Below, one piece after another: positions 1 through 9,079 of a stretch of 64,000 nt of DNA. The DNA lies in the NCBI GenBank assembly GCA_963826785.1, contig CAWGYD010000005.1, forward strand, positions 256,001 through 320,000, written 5' to 3'. A program made the position numbers and the translations under genes. The notes under the pieces are model-generated. The model saw only the letters and a program-made list of their open reading frames with translations, searched no databases and was not told the origin of the DNA. The stretch is from an uncultured delta proteobacterium (GTDB lineage: Bacteria; Desulfobacterota; Desulfobacteria; Desulfobacterales; Desulfosalsimonadaceae). Position 1 is the first letter of the stretch; each line of letters begins with the position of its first letter.

Positions 1-5
1 GATCC

Positions 6-550
6 GATTTCCGGAGCAGAAATGCTCCGGCCTCATTGAAGCGCTGCGGCATGACAAATTCGTCATGACCAGGATGGCGGATTTCCGGAGCAGAAATGCT
101 CCGGCCTCATTGAAGCTCCCTCGATCGGCCCTGGCAGCACCAGGGCTGATTTCCGGAGCAGAAATGCTCCGGCCTCATTGAAGCTACACTGATCACCGTA
201 TTGGCCGCAATTTCGGACACCGATTTCCGGAGCAGAAATGCTCCGGCCTCATTGAAGCATCACTAGTACGGCGAGTGATACGGAGTTAATCAGTCGAGAT
301 TTCCGGAGCAGAAATGCTCCGGCCTCATTGAAGCTCGCGTTAACCGTCAGCGTCCGAACACGTCTATCGGCGGATTTCCGGAGCAGAAATGCTCCGGCCT
401 CATTGAAGCCTGCATACGGCCGTGACTAATACTGTTTTTCAGGATTTCCGGAGCAGAAATGCTCCGGCCTCATTGAAGCAGAATCAGGGCGTCTGAAAAC
501 GGACGGATCCAGAGATTTCCGGAGCAGAAATGCTTCGGCTTCATTGAAGC
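6..550 (+). CRISPR. CRISPR array, trailer end: 8 repeats and 7 spacers; repeat style typical of type I-G (I-U)
   Basis: The 37-bp repeat GATTTCCGGAGCAGAAATGCTCCGGCCTCATTGAAGC starts at 6, 80, 148, 222, 298, 373, 443 and 514. Spacers are unique, 31-39 bp. The repeat has an internal CCGGAGCA/TGCTCCGG stem. The last repeat has 2 mismatches. No cas genes are in the window; the subtype is inferred from the ...CCTCATTGAAGC ending. Confidence 0.97.
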
Positions 551-574
551 AGCATATGGGTTTTCATCCGGAGG

Positions 575-2230
575 CTATTTCGTAAGTCTGCCGCACCCCG
601 TTACTCTGCCGCTCTCCAGGAACAGGGCGTGGGTAATGGAGCGGGGGATTTCCTCCGCATAGTGGGTGACGTAGATCAGGCGGGTGGCGGTTTGGCCCGT
701 CAGGCGGTCCAGCATGCCGATGATCATCTCCCGTTTTTGGGCGTCCAGTCCCTGGCAGGGTTCGTCCAGGATCAGCAGGTCGGGTTTTTTTACCATGGCC
801 CGGGCAATGAGCGCCATCCGCTGCTGGCCGGCGGAAATTTGGTGAAACGGCCGCTTTTCCAAATCGGAAATCTCAAATGAGGCCATTGTTTTGCACGCGG
901 CCTCTTCCTGGTCCGGGGTGGGGTTTCGGAACAGGCCGATGGAGTCGTAAAAGCCCGAGCAGACCACGCGGACGCAGGGCGTGTCCCCGGGATAAAACAT
1001 CCGCAGCTCCGGTGCCATCCAGCCGATATGCTTCTTGATGTCCCAGATGCTTTCCCCGGATCCGCGCTTCATGCCGAACAGGGTAATGTCATTGGCATAG
1101 GCCTGCGGGTTGTCTGCCGTCACCAGGCTCAACAGGGTGGATTTGCCGGCGCCGTTCGGCCCGAGAATGGCCCAGTGCTCGTTTTTCCGCATGGTCCAGT
1201 TCACCCGATCGAGCACCCGGACGCTGCCGTAGGTGACGGTGACATCCGTAAGACGGACCAGTTCGCCGACGTTTCCCTGCGCAATGGTTTCACCTTCCGC
1301 TGCTGCCGAGCAGCCGGAAAGTGTTTCAAACCGGGGGGGGCTCTCCGGTTGAACGGGCTGGGGAGCAAGCACGTCGTTGATTTTTCCCATGGCAACGACA
1401 TGGCGGTTTTCAAGGCGGACGGCGTGGGTGAACCCCTGGACCAGGTCCTGCGGACGGCTGACGCTCAGCACCAGCTGCGGGGTTGCCGACGACAGCAGGT
1501 TTTCGATCAGGCGGCGCAGGGTTTTCCGGGAAGGGGCATCCAGCCCGCTGAAGGGCTCCTTGAAGATAATCAGGCGGGGATTTCGAAGAAGCGCCCGGGC
1601 GATGCGGATTTTATGCTGCTCCCCGGAAGACAGGTGAATCAGCCGCCGATCCAGCAATTGATCCACGGCCAGGTTTTCCAGCAGATGCGTTTCATTGTCT
1701 GATCCCGGCTCATTTGAGTCAAAAAGAAAATCCCGGACCCGGGGGGAAGATGTTTCCAGCATGCTGTGCCAGCGGGCCTGGTAGAATCCGTCGCCAAAGC
1801 GGCCCCGGCCGTTGTCATCGGCAGATACGCTGATAATCTCGTCATGAGCATAGTGAGACCGTCCGCGGGGGTAGCGGGCCGGATCATCGAAATAATAGCG
1901 CGCCTCCATGCCGGGCCTGCGGGGTTTGCCCGCCAGGGCGGCTGCCAGGGCGGATTTTCCCGAGCCGGTGGGACCGAAGAGGATCCAGTGCTGACCTGTT
2001 TGTATCCGCCAGTCAAGATCTGAAAATTCAGTTGTCTCGGACCCGGTCGCCTTCAGGGTGATCAGGGGCCGGCCGGCATTCTTCTTGCCGCACCGGCAGA
2101 CCGCGCAGCGCGTGTCGCAGCACATCTGGCAGGAAAAGCAGTCCGGGCAGGGATGCTTTTTCTCCCCGTCCGGGTTCTTCTCCGGTACATAGACTTTTCC
2201 GGGCAGCCCGGCAACGGAGACAAAGGGCAT
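575..2230 (-). CDS. ModF-like ABC ATPase with two nucleotide-binding domains and an N-terminal Cys-rich extension
   Basis: Two Walker A motifs (GPTGSGKS, GPNGAGKST), signatures LSSGE and ISAGQ, and DEPCQGLD. Start taken at MPFVSV, directly after the fdhD stop. Confidence 0.8.
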   Translation of the reverse strand: MPFVSVAGLPGKVYVPEKNPDGEKKHPCPDCFSCQMCCDTRCAVCRCGKKNAGRPLITLKATGSETTEFSDLDWRIQTGQHWILFGPTGSGKSALAAALAGKPRRPGMEARYYFDDPARYPRGRSHYAHDEIISVSADDNGRGRFGDGFYQARWHSMLETSSPRVRDFLFDSNEPGSDNETHLLENLAVDQLLDRRLIHLSSGEQHKIRIARALLRNPRLIIFKEPFSGLDAPSRKTLRRLIENLLSSATPQLVLSVSRPQDLVQGFTHAVRLENRHVVAMGKINDVLAPQPVQPESPPRFETLSGCSAAAEGETIAQGNVGELVRLTDVTVTYGSVRVLDRVNWTMRKNEHWAILGPNGAGKSTLLSLVTADNPQAYANDITLFGMKRGSGESIWDIKKHIGWMAPELRMFYPGDTPCVRVVCSGFYDSIGLFRNPTPDQEEAACKTMASFEISDLEKRPFHQISAGQQRMALIARAMVKKPDLLILDEPCQGLDAQKREMIIGMLDRLTGQTATRLIYVTHYAEEIPRSITHALFLESGRVTGCGRLTK

Positions 2231-2231
2231 G

Positions 2232-3062
2232 TCAGCATCCGTTCGATGATGATGAGGAGGACGGTGTGATGCGTTCATCGTGGCAGAAAACCATCAGGTC
2301 GTCGTCCTTGGCGCAGGCAAGCGTCATGTTGACGGACCGGGCGAGTTCGACCGCAAGGGCCGTGGGCCGGGAAATGCCGATGAGCAGCTCCAGCCGCGCC
2401 CGGGCCGCTTTCTGGACCAGTTCATAGCTGACGCGCGAAGACATGACCGCAAAAGCGGCGGTTTCAATCTTTTTTTCCAGAAACACCTTGCCGATCGCCT
2501 TGTCTAAGGCATTGTGCCTGCCCACATCCTCTCCGAAAGAAAGGGGCGCACCTTTTGCGTCGAGGACCATGGCGGCATGGGCGGCCCTGGTCTGCTTGTA
2601 CAGGCGCTGAAAAGAAGAGAGCGAATCGGCAGCGGCCAGCGCCCGCACCGCCGGTATCTTAAACGAATGGGCGGCCGGTGTGAGAATCTGGTGGAGGTCG
2701 CTGATCACCTCCTTGCCGCAGATACCGCAGCTGGTCTGGCTGACAAACCCTTTTCGCAGCAGCAGGTCCGCCACTTTTTTCCGCCGCGCTTCCGTCAGGA
2801 TCAGGGTGACCACATTGACCCCTTCTTCGGTGCAGAACCCCATGTCGGAAATGTCATCGGGATGGTCGATGAGCCCTTCGGCCAGGCAGAACCCGGCGGC
2901 GTGGGGCATTTCATCGCCGGGGGTGCGCATGACCACGGAATAGGGTTGACCATTGACCCGAACGGCCAGCGGCTCCTCGACGATCAGTTCCTGGTCCTGA
3001 TATTTCCCGGTGCCGTTGGTGTAAACGAGCATGCGGTGTGATTTCGAATCATTTGTCATCAA
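2232..3062 (-). CDS. fdhD: Formate dehydrogenase accessory sulfurtransferase FdhD
   Basis: Motifs EEPL, MRTPG, SCGICGK, EDVGRHNALDKAIG and PTALAVELA. Confidence 0.93.
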   Translation of the reverse strand: MMTNDSKSHRMLVYTNGTGKYQDQELIVEEPLAVRVNGQPYSVVMRTPGDEMPHAAGFCLAEGLIDHPDDISDMGFCTEEGVNVVTLILTEARRKKVADLLLRKGFVSQTSCGICGKEVISDLHQILTPAAHSFKIPAVRALAAADSLSSFQRLYKQTRAAHAAMVLDAKGAPLSFGEDVGRHNALDKAIGKVFLEKKIETAAFAVMSSRVSYELVQKAARARLELLIGISRPTALAVELARSVNMTLACAKDDDLMVFCHDERITPSSSSSSNGC

Positions 3063-3065
3063 TGT

Positions 3066-3617
3066 TTATATCCCGCAGGTAAAATCATCACATTCCTTGT
3101 CCGCCAGGATTTCCATGGCAAACAGGATGCGTTCTTCCTTGTCTTTCCGGTCCTCCGGAAGGAGGGCGTGCGGATGTTGATCGACCCATTGCAGCAGTTC
3201 GTTGCGAGCCGGAATGTTTTCGATGCCGGCGCCGATGACGGCACCGGATGCAGTATCCATGACGATGGCATCCTTTCCGTTGGTAATGACCGACAGCGGC
3301 GCCACGCGGGCGTCCAGGAGCCGCGCCGCCGACAGAACAGGGCGCTGGCGGGTCACCAGGGAGCCGGGCCGGAACACGACGATCATATCGGTAAACCCGG
3401 TGGCCCGGATGGCGAAATCAACCCGGAATTTACCGGTTTTGCCATCCACTTCAACCGGAATGGCCAGCCGGGGGACGATCTCGTCTTTCATGTATCCGCA
3501 GTTGACCACCAGGTGCCGGGCTATGAACTGGCGCGCACGTTCGTCATGGGTTTCGGGCAGTACCTCGCCGGTGAGATAATCGGTGATTTCGCCCAGGATG
3601 AGATGGTCTCTGCCCAT
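3066..3617 (-). CDS. Stand-alone type I restriction HsdR N-terminal-like (PD-(D/E)xK) domain protein
   Basis: Motifs HDERARQ, VDFAI and SVITNGKD. Start at MGRDHL; the longer ORF-track N-terminus overlaps metW. Confidence 0.6.
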   Translation of the reverse strand: MGRDHLILGEITDYLTGEVLPETHDERARQFIARHLVVNCGYMKDEIVPRLAIPVEVDGKTGKFRVDFAIRATGFTDMIVVFRPGSLVTRQRPVLSAARLLDARVAPLSVITNGKDAIVMDTASGAVIGAGIENIPARNELLQWVDQHPHALLPEDRKDKEERILFAMEILADKECDDFTCGI

Positions 3618-3619
3618 GA

Positions 3620-4253
3620 TTACCTTCCGATCAGGAAAATGCCGTAGGTGGCCCGCAGGTTCGGCAGGAACCGGACATAGGCGCCGGTCCGGTCCTGATT
3701 GTCCGTATTGATGGACGCTTCCTTTAGTATACGAAAGCCGACTGCGGATGCAAATTTCTTGAAATCGGAGATGGAAATCACCCGGATGTTGGGGGTGTTG
3801 TACCATTCATAGGGCAGCTGGCGGGGTGATCGGGGCGCGCCCGGTCAACAGCAGCTGCAGGCGGACATGCCAGTGGCCGAAATTGGGGAAACTGACGATG
3901 GCTTTTTTGCCGACGCGCAGCATGGACCGGATCAGCTCCATGGGGGCGTACACCTGCTGCAGGGTCTGGCTCAGGATCACATAGTCAAAGGTCGGTCCGC
4001 GATAATCGTCGATTTCCTCGTTAATATCGCCCTGCATGACGGAAAGCCCCTTTGCGATGCAGCTGGCCACCCGGTATTCCACAATCTCGATGCCGGTTTC
4101 CCTGACCTGTTTGTGCTTTTTCAGGTAGAGCAGCAGATCGCCTTCGCCGCAGCCCAGCTCGAGCACCTGGAAGCGCCCGGGTGGATCCAGGAGGCGATGA
4201 TCTGCAGGTCATAGCGCAGGGTGCTGTATTGGCTGTTATCGGCATCTGTTCAT
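3620..4253 (-). pseudogene. metW: Methionine biosynthesis protein MetW, split by several frameshifts
   Basis: LRYDLQIIASWI, VLELGCGEG and FDYVILSQTLQ...IVSFPNFGHW lie in different frames. Directly downstream of metX. Confidence 0.8.
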
Positions 4254-5412
4254 GGACGCTTTCGAGAAATCCCTTCACCAGATCGGTCAGACGGGCGGTT
4301 GGGCAGCAGAAAGGCATCATGGCCCCATTCGGCCTCGATTTCGCAGAAACTGACATGCAGGCCGCTTTTTTTCATGGCCTTGACCATGTCCCGGGACTGG
4401 TAGGTGGGGTAGAGCCAGTCCGAGGTAAAGGAGACCACCAGAAACCGGGGCCGACATCTGGCAAACGCGTTGACGGCGGAACAGTATCCGTCGGTCCGGG
4501 TCAGGTCGAAATAATCGGCCGCCTTGGTGATGTAGAGAAAGGAATTGGCATCAAAGCGCTCGACAAATTTCGGTCCCCTGGTAGCGCAGGTAGCTCTCCA
4601 CCTGGAAATCGGCGTCGAAATTAAAGGAGAAATCGTTGCTTGTCCTGGAGCCGGCGGCCGAATTTCTTGCGCATGGCCTCGTCGGAGAGGTAGGTGATAT
4701 GGCCGATCATCCGGGCCACGGCCAGGCCCAGATCCGGCTTCTGTCCGCCGTAATAATCGCCGTTGTTCCAGTTGGGATCGGCCATGATCGCCTGGCGGGC
4801 CACTTCGTTAAAGGCGATGGCCAGGGCCGAATGGCGCAGTGGTGGTGGCCAGCGGGATGGCGGAGGCCACCATTTCCGGATACGAAACGCACCACTGCAG
4901 CACCTGCATGCCGCCCATGGAACCGCCGATCATGGACAGGAGTCTTCTCGATTCCCAGATGATCGAGCAGGGCTTTCTGCGCCCGCACCATGTCCCCGAT
5001 GGTGACCACCGGAAAACGGAGGCCGTAGGGTTTGCCGGTTTTCGGGTTGATGGAAGACGGGCCGGTGGATCCCATGCAGCCGCCCAGCACATTGGAGCAG
5101 ATGACAAAATAGCGGTCCGTATCGATCCCTTTGCCGGGCCCGACCATGTTGTCCCACCAGCCGGGCTTGTCGTCTTCTTCGGCGTAATAGCCGGCCACAT
5201 GGGAATCGCCGGTGAGGGCATGGAGAACCAGGATGGCGTTGTCCCTTATCCTCAGTCAGGGTGCCGAAGGTTTCATAGGCGAGGGTGATGGGACCCAGCC
5301 GGGCGCCGCTGTCGAGCACCATTTCATCCGGCGGTTCGGCAAAGGTGAAAAATTTCTTTTTCACCAGGCCCGCGGAGCGCCCCTCCCTGTCGTGGGTAAT
5401 GTATTCGCTCAT
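4250..5412 (-). pseudogene. metX: Homoserine O-acetyltransferase MetX, split by multiple frameshifts
   Basis: [47 protein letters not shown] and WGHDAFLL are spread over at least 5 ORF fragments. Confidence 0.85.
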
Positions 5413-5550
5413 TCAAGCTTCTTCAAATTTTTGATTCTCAATTAATTTAATCTGTTTGCAAAGTTAAATTCATTGGAAGCATTGTACACGGCTGCGGTTA
5501 TTGTTTTGGCAACCGACCGGTTTGACACCCCCCTTCGCCCCCCTCAAGGG

Positions 5551-6025
5551 GATAAGCGCTAACTTAACGCATAGTATCCCCCCCGTAATCATCCTTTATG
5601 TCATTCCGGCAGTCTTTTAGCCGGAATCCATTTAAATGATTGCGGGATACAAATCCTCCCAATCGGGATTCGTTCTCTCAATCAAATGCATTTTCCACTT
5701 TCGTTTCCAGTCTTTCAATCGTTTCTCTCGCTGGATAGCAGATTCCATACTTCCATGAAGCTTAGATACCAAACCAAAAAATGGACTCCATACTTTTTGG
5801 TGAACCCTTCCACGAAATTGTTTCTATGTTCCCAAACTCGCTTGATGAGGTCGGAGGTCACACCGATATAAAGGGTGCCGTTTCTTTTATTTGCAAGAAT
5901 GTATACCGCTGGTTGCCTGTTCATTTCGTCTTCCTGGATTCCGGCTTAAAGACTGCCGGAATGACGTTCTTAAGAGGAACGACAAATTAGAAGATATTGC
6001 ATCGGTCATTAAGTTAGCGCCTATG
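5551..6025 (-). mobile_element. GIY-YIG insertion cassette, copy 1 (475 bp, nuclease frameshifted)
   Basis: Ends gATAAGCGCTAACTTAA and TTAAGTTAGCGCCTATG. 11-bp direct repeat CCCCTCAAGGG at 5540-5550 and 6026-6036. Confidence 0.9.
5632..5924 (-). pseudogene. GIY-YIG nuclease with a 2-bp insertion near 5762
   Basis: Same N-terminus as 38186..38476, but reads CTTAGATA where the intact copy reads CTCATA, shifting the frame. Confidence 0.85.
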
Positions 6026-6100
6026 CCCCTCAAGGGGGGAATTAATGGGAAGTGTCCCGGTGGCACTCAATGTGCTTTAACCCTATGCCTTTTAACACAA

Positions 6101-6129
6101 AGAGGGGGATCATCCGATCCCCCCCCTTT
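6101..6129 (-). terminator. Putative intrinsic terminator after cooS
   Basis: GGGGGATC...GATCCCCC hairpin about 30 bp past the cooS stop. Confidence 0.55.
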
Positions 6130-6156
6130 ATACATGATTAATGATTTAAATCAATA

Positions 6157-8124
6157 TCAGGCCATCATTCTCCGGTCGGCCATATCGACCAGCACCCGCT
6201 CCCGGGCCTTGTCGATACCTAAAGCCGCGCGCTTCTTATCGATGTGGGCGATCATCAGGTCCGCCATCTCGATGGGATCGGGGGTAAAACCCCATTTCCC
6301 CATGCCCTGCTTTTCCATACCCGAGAACAGGAGTTCATGGAACTTGGTGTTTTCCACGATGGGGAAGGTGACCCCGAATACCGTGTACACGCCGGAAGCC
6401 ACGAAGTACTGGCCGATGGAAATGGCTTTTTCGCTCATCCACTCGGGCGCTGCCCCGGCCACGGGGAGATCGGCGATGCTTTCGCCCAGTCCGCCCACCC
6501 TGACCATTTCGGAGGCCGCGATCAGGATGCGGCTGTTGTCCACGCAGGAGCCGAGCCCCAGAACCGGCGGCATGCCCACGGCCTCGCAGACTTCCCGAAG
6601 GCCCGGTCCGGCCAGGTAGGCCGCCTCGGGGGTGTAAAGCCCCGCTTTGGCCAGGGCGATCTGGGAGCATCCGGTCTGAAGCACCAGGATGTCATTCTGG
6701 ATGAGCCGTTTGACCAGTTCCACGTGCACATAGTCCTGCTTGACCCGCGGGTTGGTGCATCCGACCACGCCGGCAACACCCCGGATGCGGCCGTTGATGA
6801 TGTTTTCGTTTAGCGGGGTGTAGCTTCCCCGGAAACTTCCGCCCAGCATGTAATTGATGTATTCGTAGGAGAACCCGTGAATGCTGGGGCTGACCTTGCG
6901 GGGAATCTGTACCGGATATTTCCGGTTTTTAAACCGGCTGATCGCCTTGATGACGATTTCATCCGTGCTTTCCCGGGGATTGTGCTCGTTGAACTCGATA
7001 TGTTTGGCGCCCTCGATGCGGCACCGGGGGTTGGTGGTAAACAGGTGGGTGCCGTAGCACTGGGCCACTTTTGACAGGCCCTGCTGTATGCACTGCACGT
7101 CCACGGCCATGGCATCCACCGCACCGGTGACGATGACCGCCTCGGTGGATGTAAAATTGCCCGCGTGCGGAATGCCGTGCCGGGAGATCATCTCGGCGCC
7201 GGAGCAGCACATGCCCACCAGGTTGATCCCCTCGGCGCCCGCCTTCTTGGCCGCTTCCACCAGGGTGGGTTCGTTTACCGAGGCCAGCACCGATTCGAAG
7301 AGATTGGGTTCATGTCCGTGGACGATGATGTTGACCTGGTTTTCCTTCAACACGCCCATGTTGACCTCGGTCAGGACCGGGGTGGGGGTGCCGTAGATGA
7401 TGTCGGAGATTTCGGTGGCCACCATGGAACCGCCCCAGCCGTCGGACAAGGCTGTCCGGCTCGACTGCCGGGTGATGTTCTCGTAATCCTGATCCACGCC
7501 CATGTGGGTCCGGTGCATCAGGTCCATGATTTCCCGCATGGCGCCCCGGGGGACCAGTCCATGCTTGCGCCAGGTCTCCAGGGTTTTTGCCGGCGCTCGC
7601 TTGGCAAACGGGATTTCGCCTTCCACCTGGGTATACGTGCGCTCCAGTTCCCTGTAAAGATCCATGGCCACATCTTCGATGGTGCGGCCCTCGGTTTCGA
7701 TCCCGATGGATTCTGCGATATTGATCAGTTTTTCCGGCTCTTTGATGGAGTATTCCGGAATATTGCCTTTGACCACTTCCCGGAACAGATCGAGCATGGC
7801 CATGCCGTGGTCCGTATGGGCGGCTGCGCCGGAGGCGACCATGCGGGCGAAGTTGCGGGCCATGATGGTATCCAGCGTAGCCCCGCAGACGCCGACCTTG
7901 CTGTAGGGGTCTTTTGCGTTCAGCCGGCACGGGCCCATGGAACAGTGCTTGCAGCAGGCCGAATCCGCGCCAATGGGGCAGGCCTTCATATTGGCGGCCC
8001 GGTCAAAACAAAGTTCGACGCCGTCCTTGCGGGCTTTGAGAATCATCTCACCCGTGGATTCACAGGTGGTGATATCTTTTATGTCCAGTACTTTGTCAGT
8101 GGATTTTTTAATATCCTTTTCCAT
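6157..8124 (-). CDS. cooS: Anaerobic [NiFe] carbon monoxide dehydrogenase catalytic subunit
   Basis: Motifs C-x8-CKHCSMGPC, GAAAHTDH, VHGHEP, GMCCSG, VDVQC, GVVGCTN, TGC, LGSCVD and EWMSEKA. Confidence 0.96.
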   Translation of the reverse strand: MEKDIKKSTDKVLDIKDITTCESTGEMILKARKDGVELCFDRAANMKACPIGADSACCKHCSMGPCRLNAKDPYSKVGVCGATLDTIMARNFARMVASGAAAHTDHGMAMLDLFREVVKGNIPEYSIKEPEKLINIAESIGIETEGRTIEDVAMDLYRELERTYTQVEGEIPFAKRAPAKTLETWRKHGLVPRGAMREIMDLMHRTHMGVDQDYENITRQSSRTALSDGWGGSMVATEISDIIYGTPTPVLTEVNMGVLKENQVNIIVHGHEPNLFESVLASVNEPTLVEAAKKAGAEGINLVGMCCSGAEMISRHGIPHAGNFTSTEAVIVTGAVDAMAVDVQCIQQGLSKVAQCYGTHLFTTNPRCRIEGAKHIEFNEHNPRESTDEIVIKAISRFKNRKYPVQIPRKVSPSIHGFSYEYINYMLGGSFRGSYTPLNENIINGRIRGVAGVVGCTNPRVKQDYVHVELVKRLIQNDILVLQTGCSQIALAKAGLYTPEAAYLAGPGLREVCEAVGMPPVLGLGSCVDNSRILIAASEMVRVGGLGESIADLPVAGAAPEWMSEKAISIGQYFVASGVYTVFGVTFPIVENTKFHELLFSGMEKQGMGKWGFTPDPIEMADLMIAHIDKKRAALGIDKARERVLVDMADRRMMA

Positions 8125-8230
8125 ATAACCTCCGATTTGGGTTTGGGGGGGTTGGGTTGACCTGCATTTATCCCATTGGCCTCGACCACGAGATCAGGTG
8201 TAAACTTAACGTAATCATGCTTTGGAAATA

Positions 8231-8246
8231 TTCAAAACATGTGCCA
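8231..8246 (-). promoter_or_regulatory. Possible sigma-54 promoter for cooS
   Basis: Minus strand reads TGGCAC-ATGTT-TTGAA; the -12 GC is imperfect. Confidence 0.35.
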
Positions 8247-8511
8247 CAAAAATATAAAACTTTTTCCGGTATTTCCACCATGCAATATGTCACTGAATTC
8301 CATCCATTTCACCGCAGTTGGCAGAAAAGCCATAGAAATTAAGCAGTTTTCAAAACCCGAATCCGGGCTTTGAAAATGCCGGATTTGCGCTTTAAATGTA
8401 TCATTTTAAATGAAACACAACTGTATCGTGCGCGGTTTGGGCCGATGCATCCAACCCATCGCCAATCATGTTGCAGGCCGCAGCAATCGAATTGAATGAA
8501 CCCGGGGATCT

Positions 8512-8527
8512 TGGCACAGACTCTGCA
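8512..8527 (+). promoter_or_regulatory. Probable sigma-54 promoter
   Basis: TGGCAC-AGACT-CTGCA fits the -24/-12 pattern, about 50 bp upstream of the ATG at 8576. Confidence 0.55.
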
Positions 8528-8575
8528 GATGCTTATTCCTGTGATACTGAAACCATAGCGAAGGGAGCAGAAAAC

Positions 8576-8935
8576 ATGATGCATTTACGTGATCTTCAAA
8601 ATAACAGGGAACTGGTCAATGAAATCGACTGGGAAATGACTCCGGAAGAGGCGGTGACGCTGTACCTGGAGTGGGGAAACAACTGGGCCCACGGCAAATA
8701 CGTAATTCGATCCAAAAACGATGTGTCTCATTATTTCGTGGTGTATGCCTGGGAAGACCCGCCGGTCATCTTCCTGGTCCGCCGCAATTCCGAAGGGGCC
8801 GAAGATATCGCCCGGATCTCGCTTCCCGAAACCCTCCGGAAGAAATTCATGCGCACCACCGGCATCAACAAGGGGGTGTATGCGGTGGAAGGCGAAATAC
8901 GGGAATGGCTCCAATCCGAATTGAGATGCCATTAA
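8576..8935 (+). CDS. DVU0772-like conserved protein
   Basis: Motif IDWEMTPEEAVTLYLEWGNN; RBS AAGGGAG. Confidence 0.75.
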   Translation: MMHLRDLQNNRELVNEIDWEMTPEEAVTLYLEWGNNWAHGKYVIRSKNDVSHYFVVYAWEDPPVIFLVRRNSEGAEDIARISLPETLRKKFMRTTGINKGVYAVEGEIREWLQSELRCH

Positions 8936-9079
8936 ATAGTGGTCGAACGAAACAAGATCCCGACTGCGAAACGGATTGACATAGAAAAGCCGTTTTTTTG
9001 AAAGAATGGCCAATCATGATTATTCTGCTGTTTAAGCCCTCTGCCGCGGCATCCGATCATTTACGAGGGAGGCACCGAT

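Noticed and set aside
5891..6030. Repeated peptide MQECIPLVACSFRLPGFRLKDCRND in several ORFs
   Set aside because: It is just the translation of the cassette's REP/TIR end, not a protein family.
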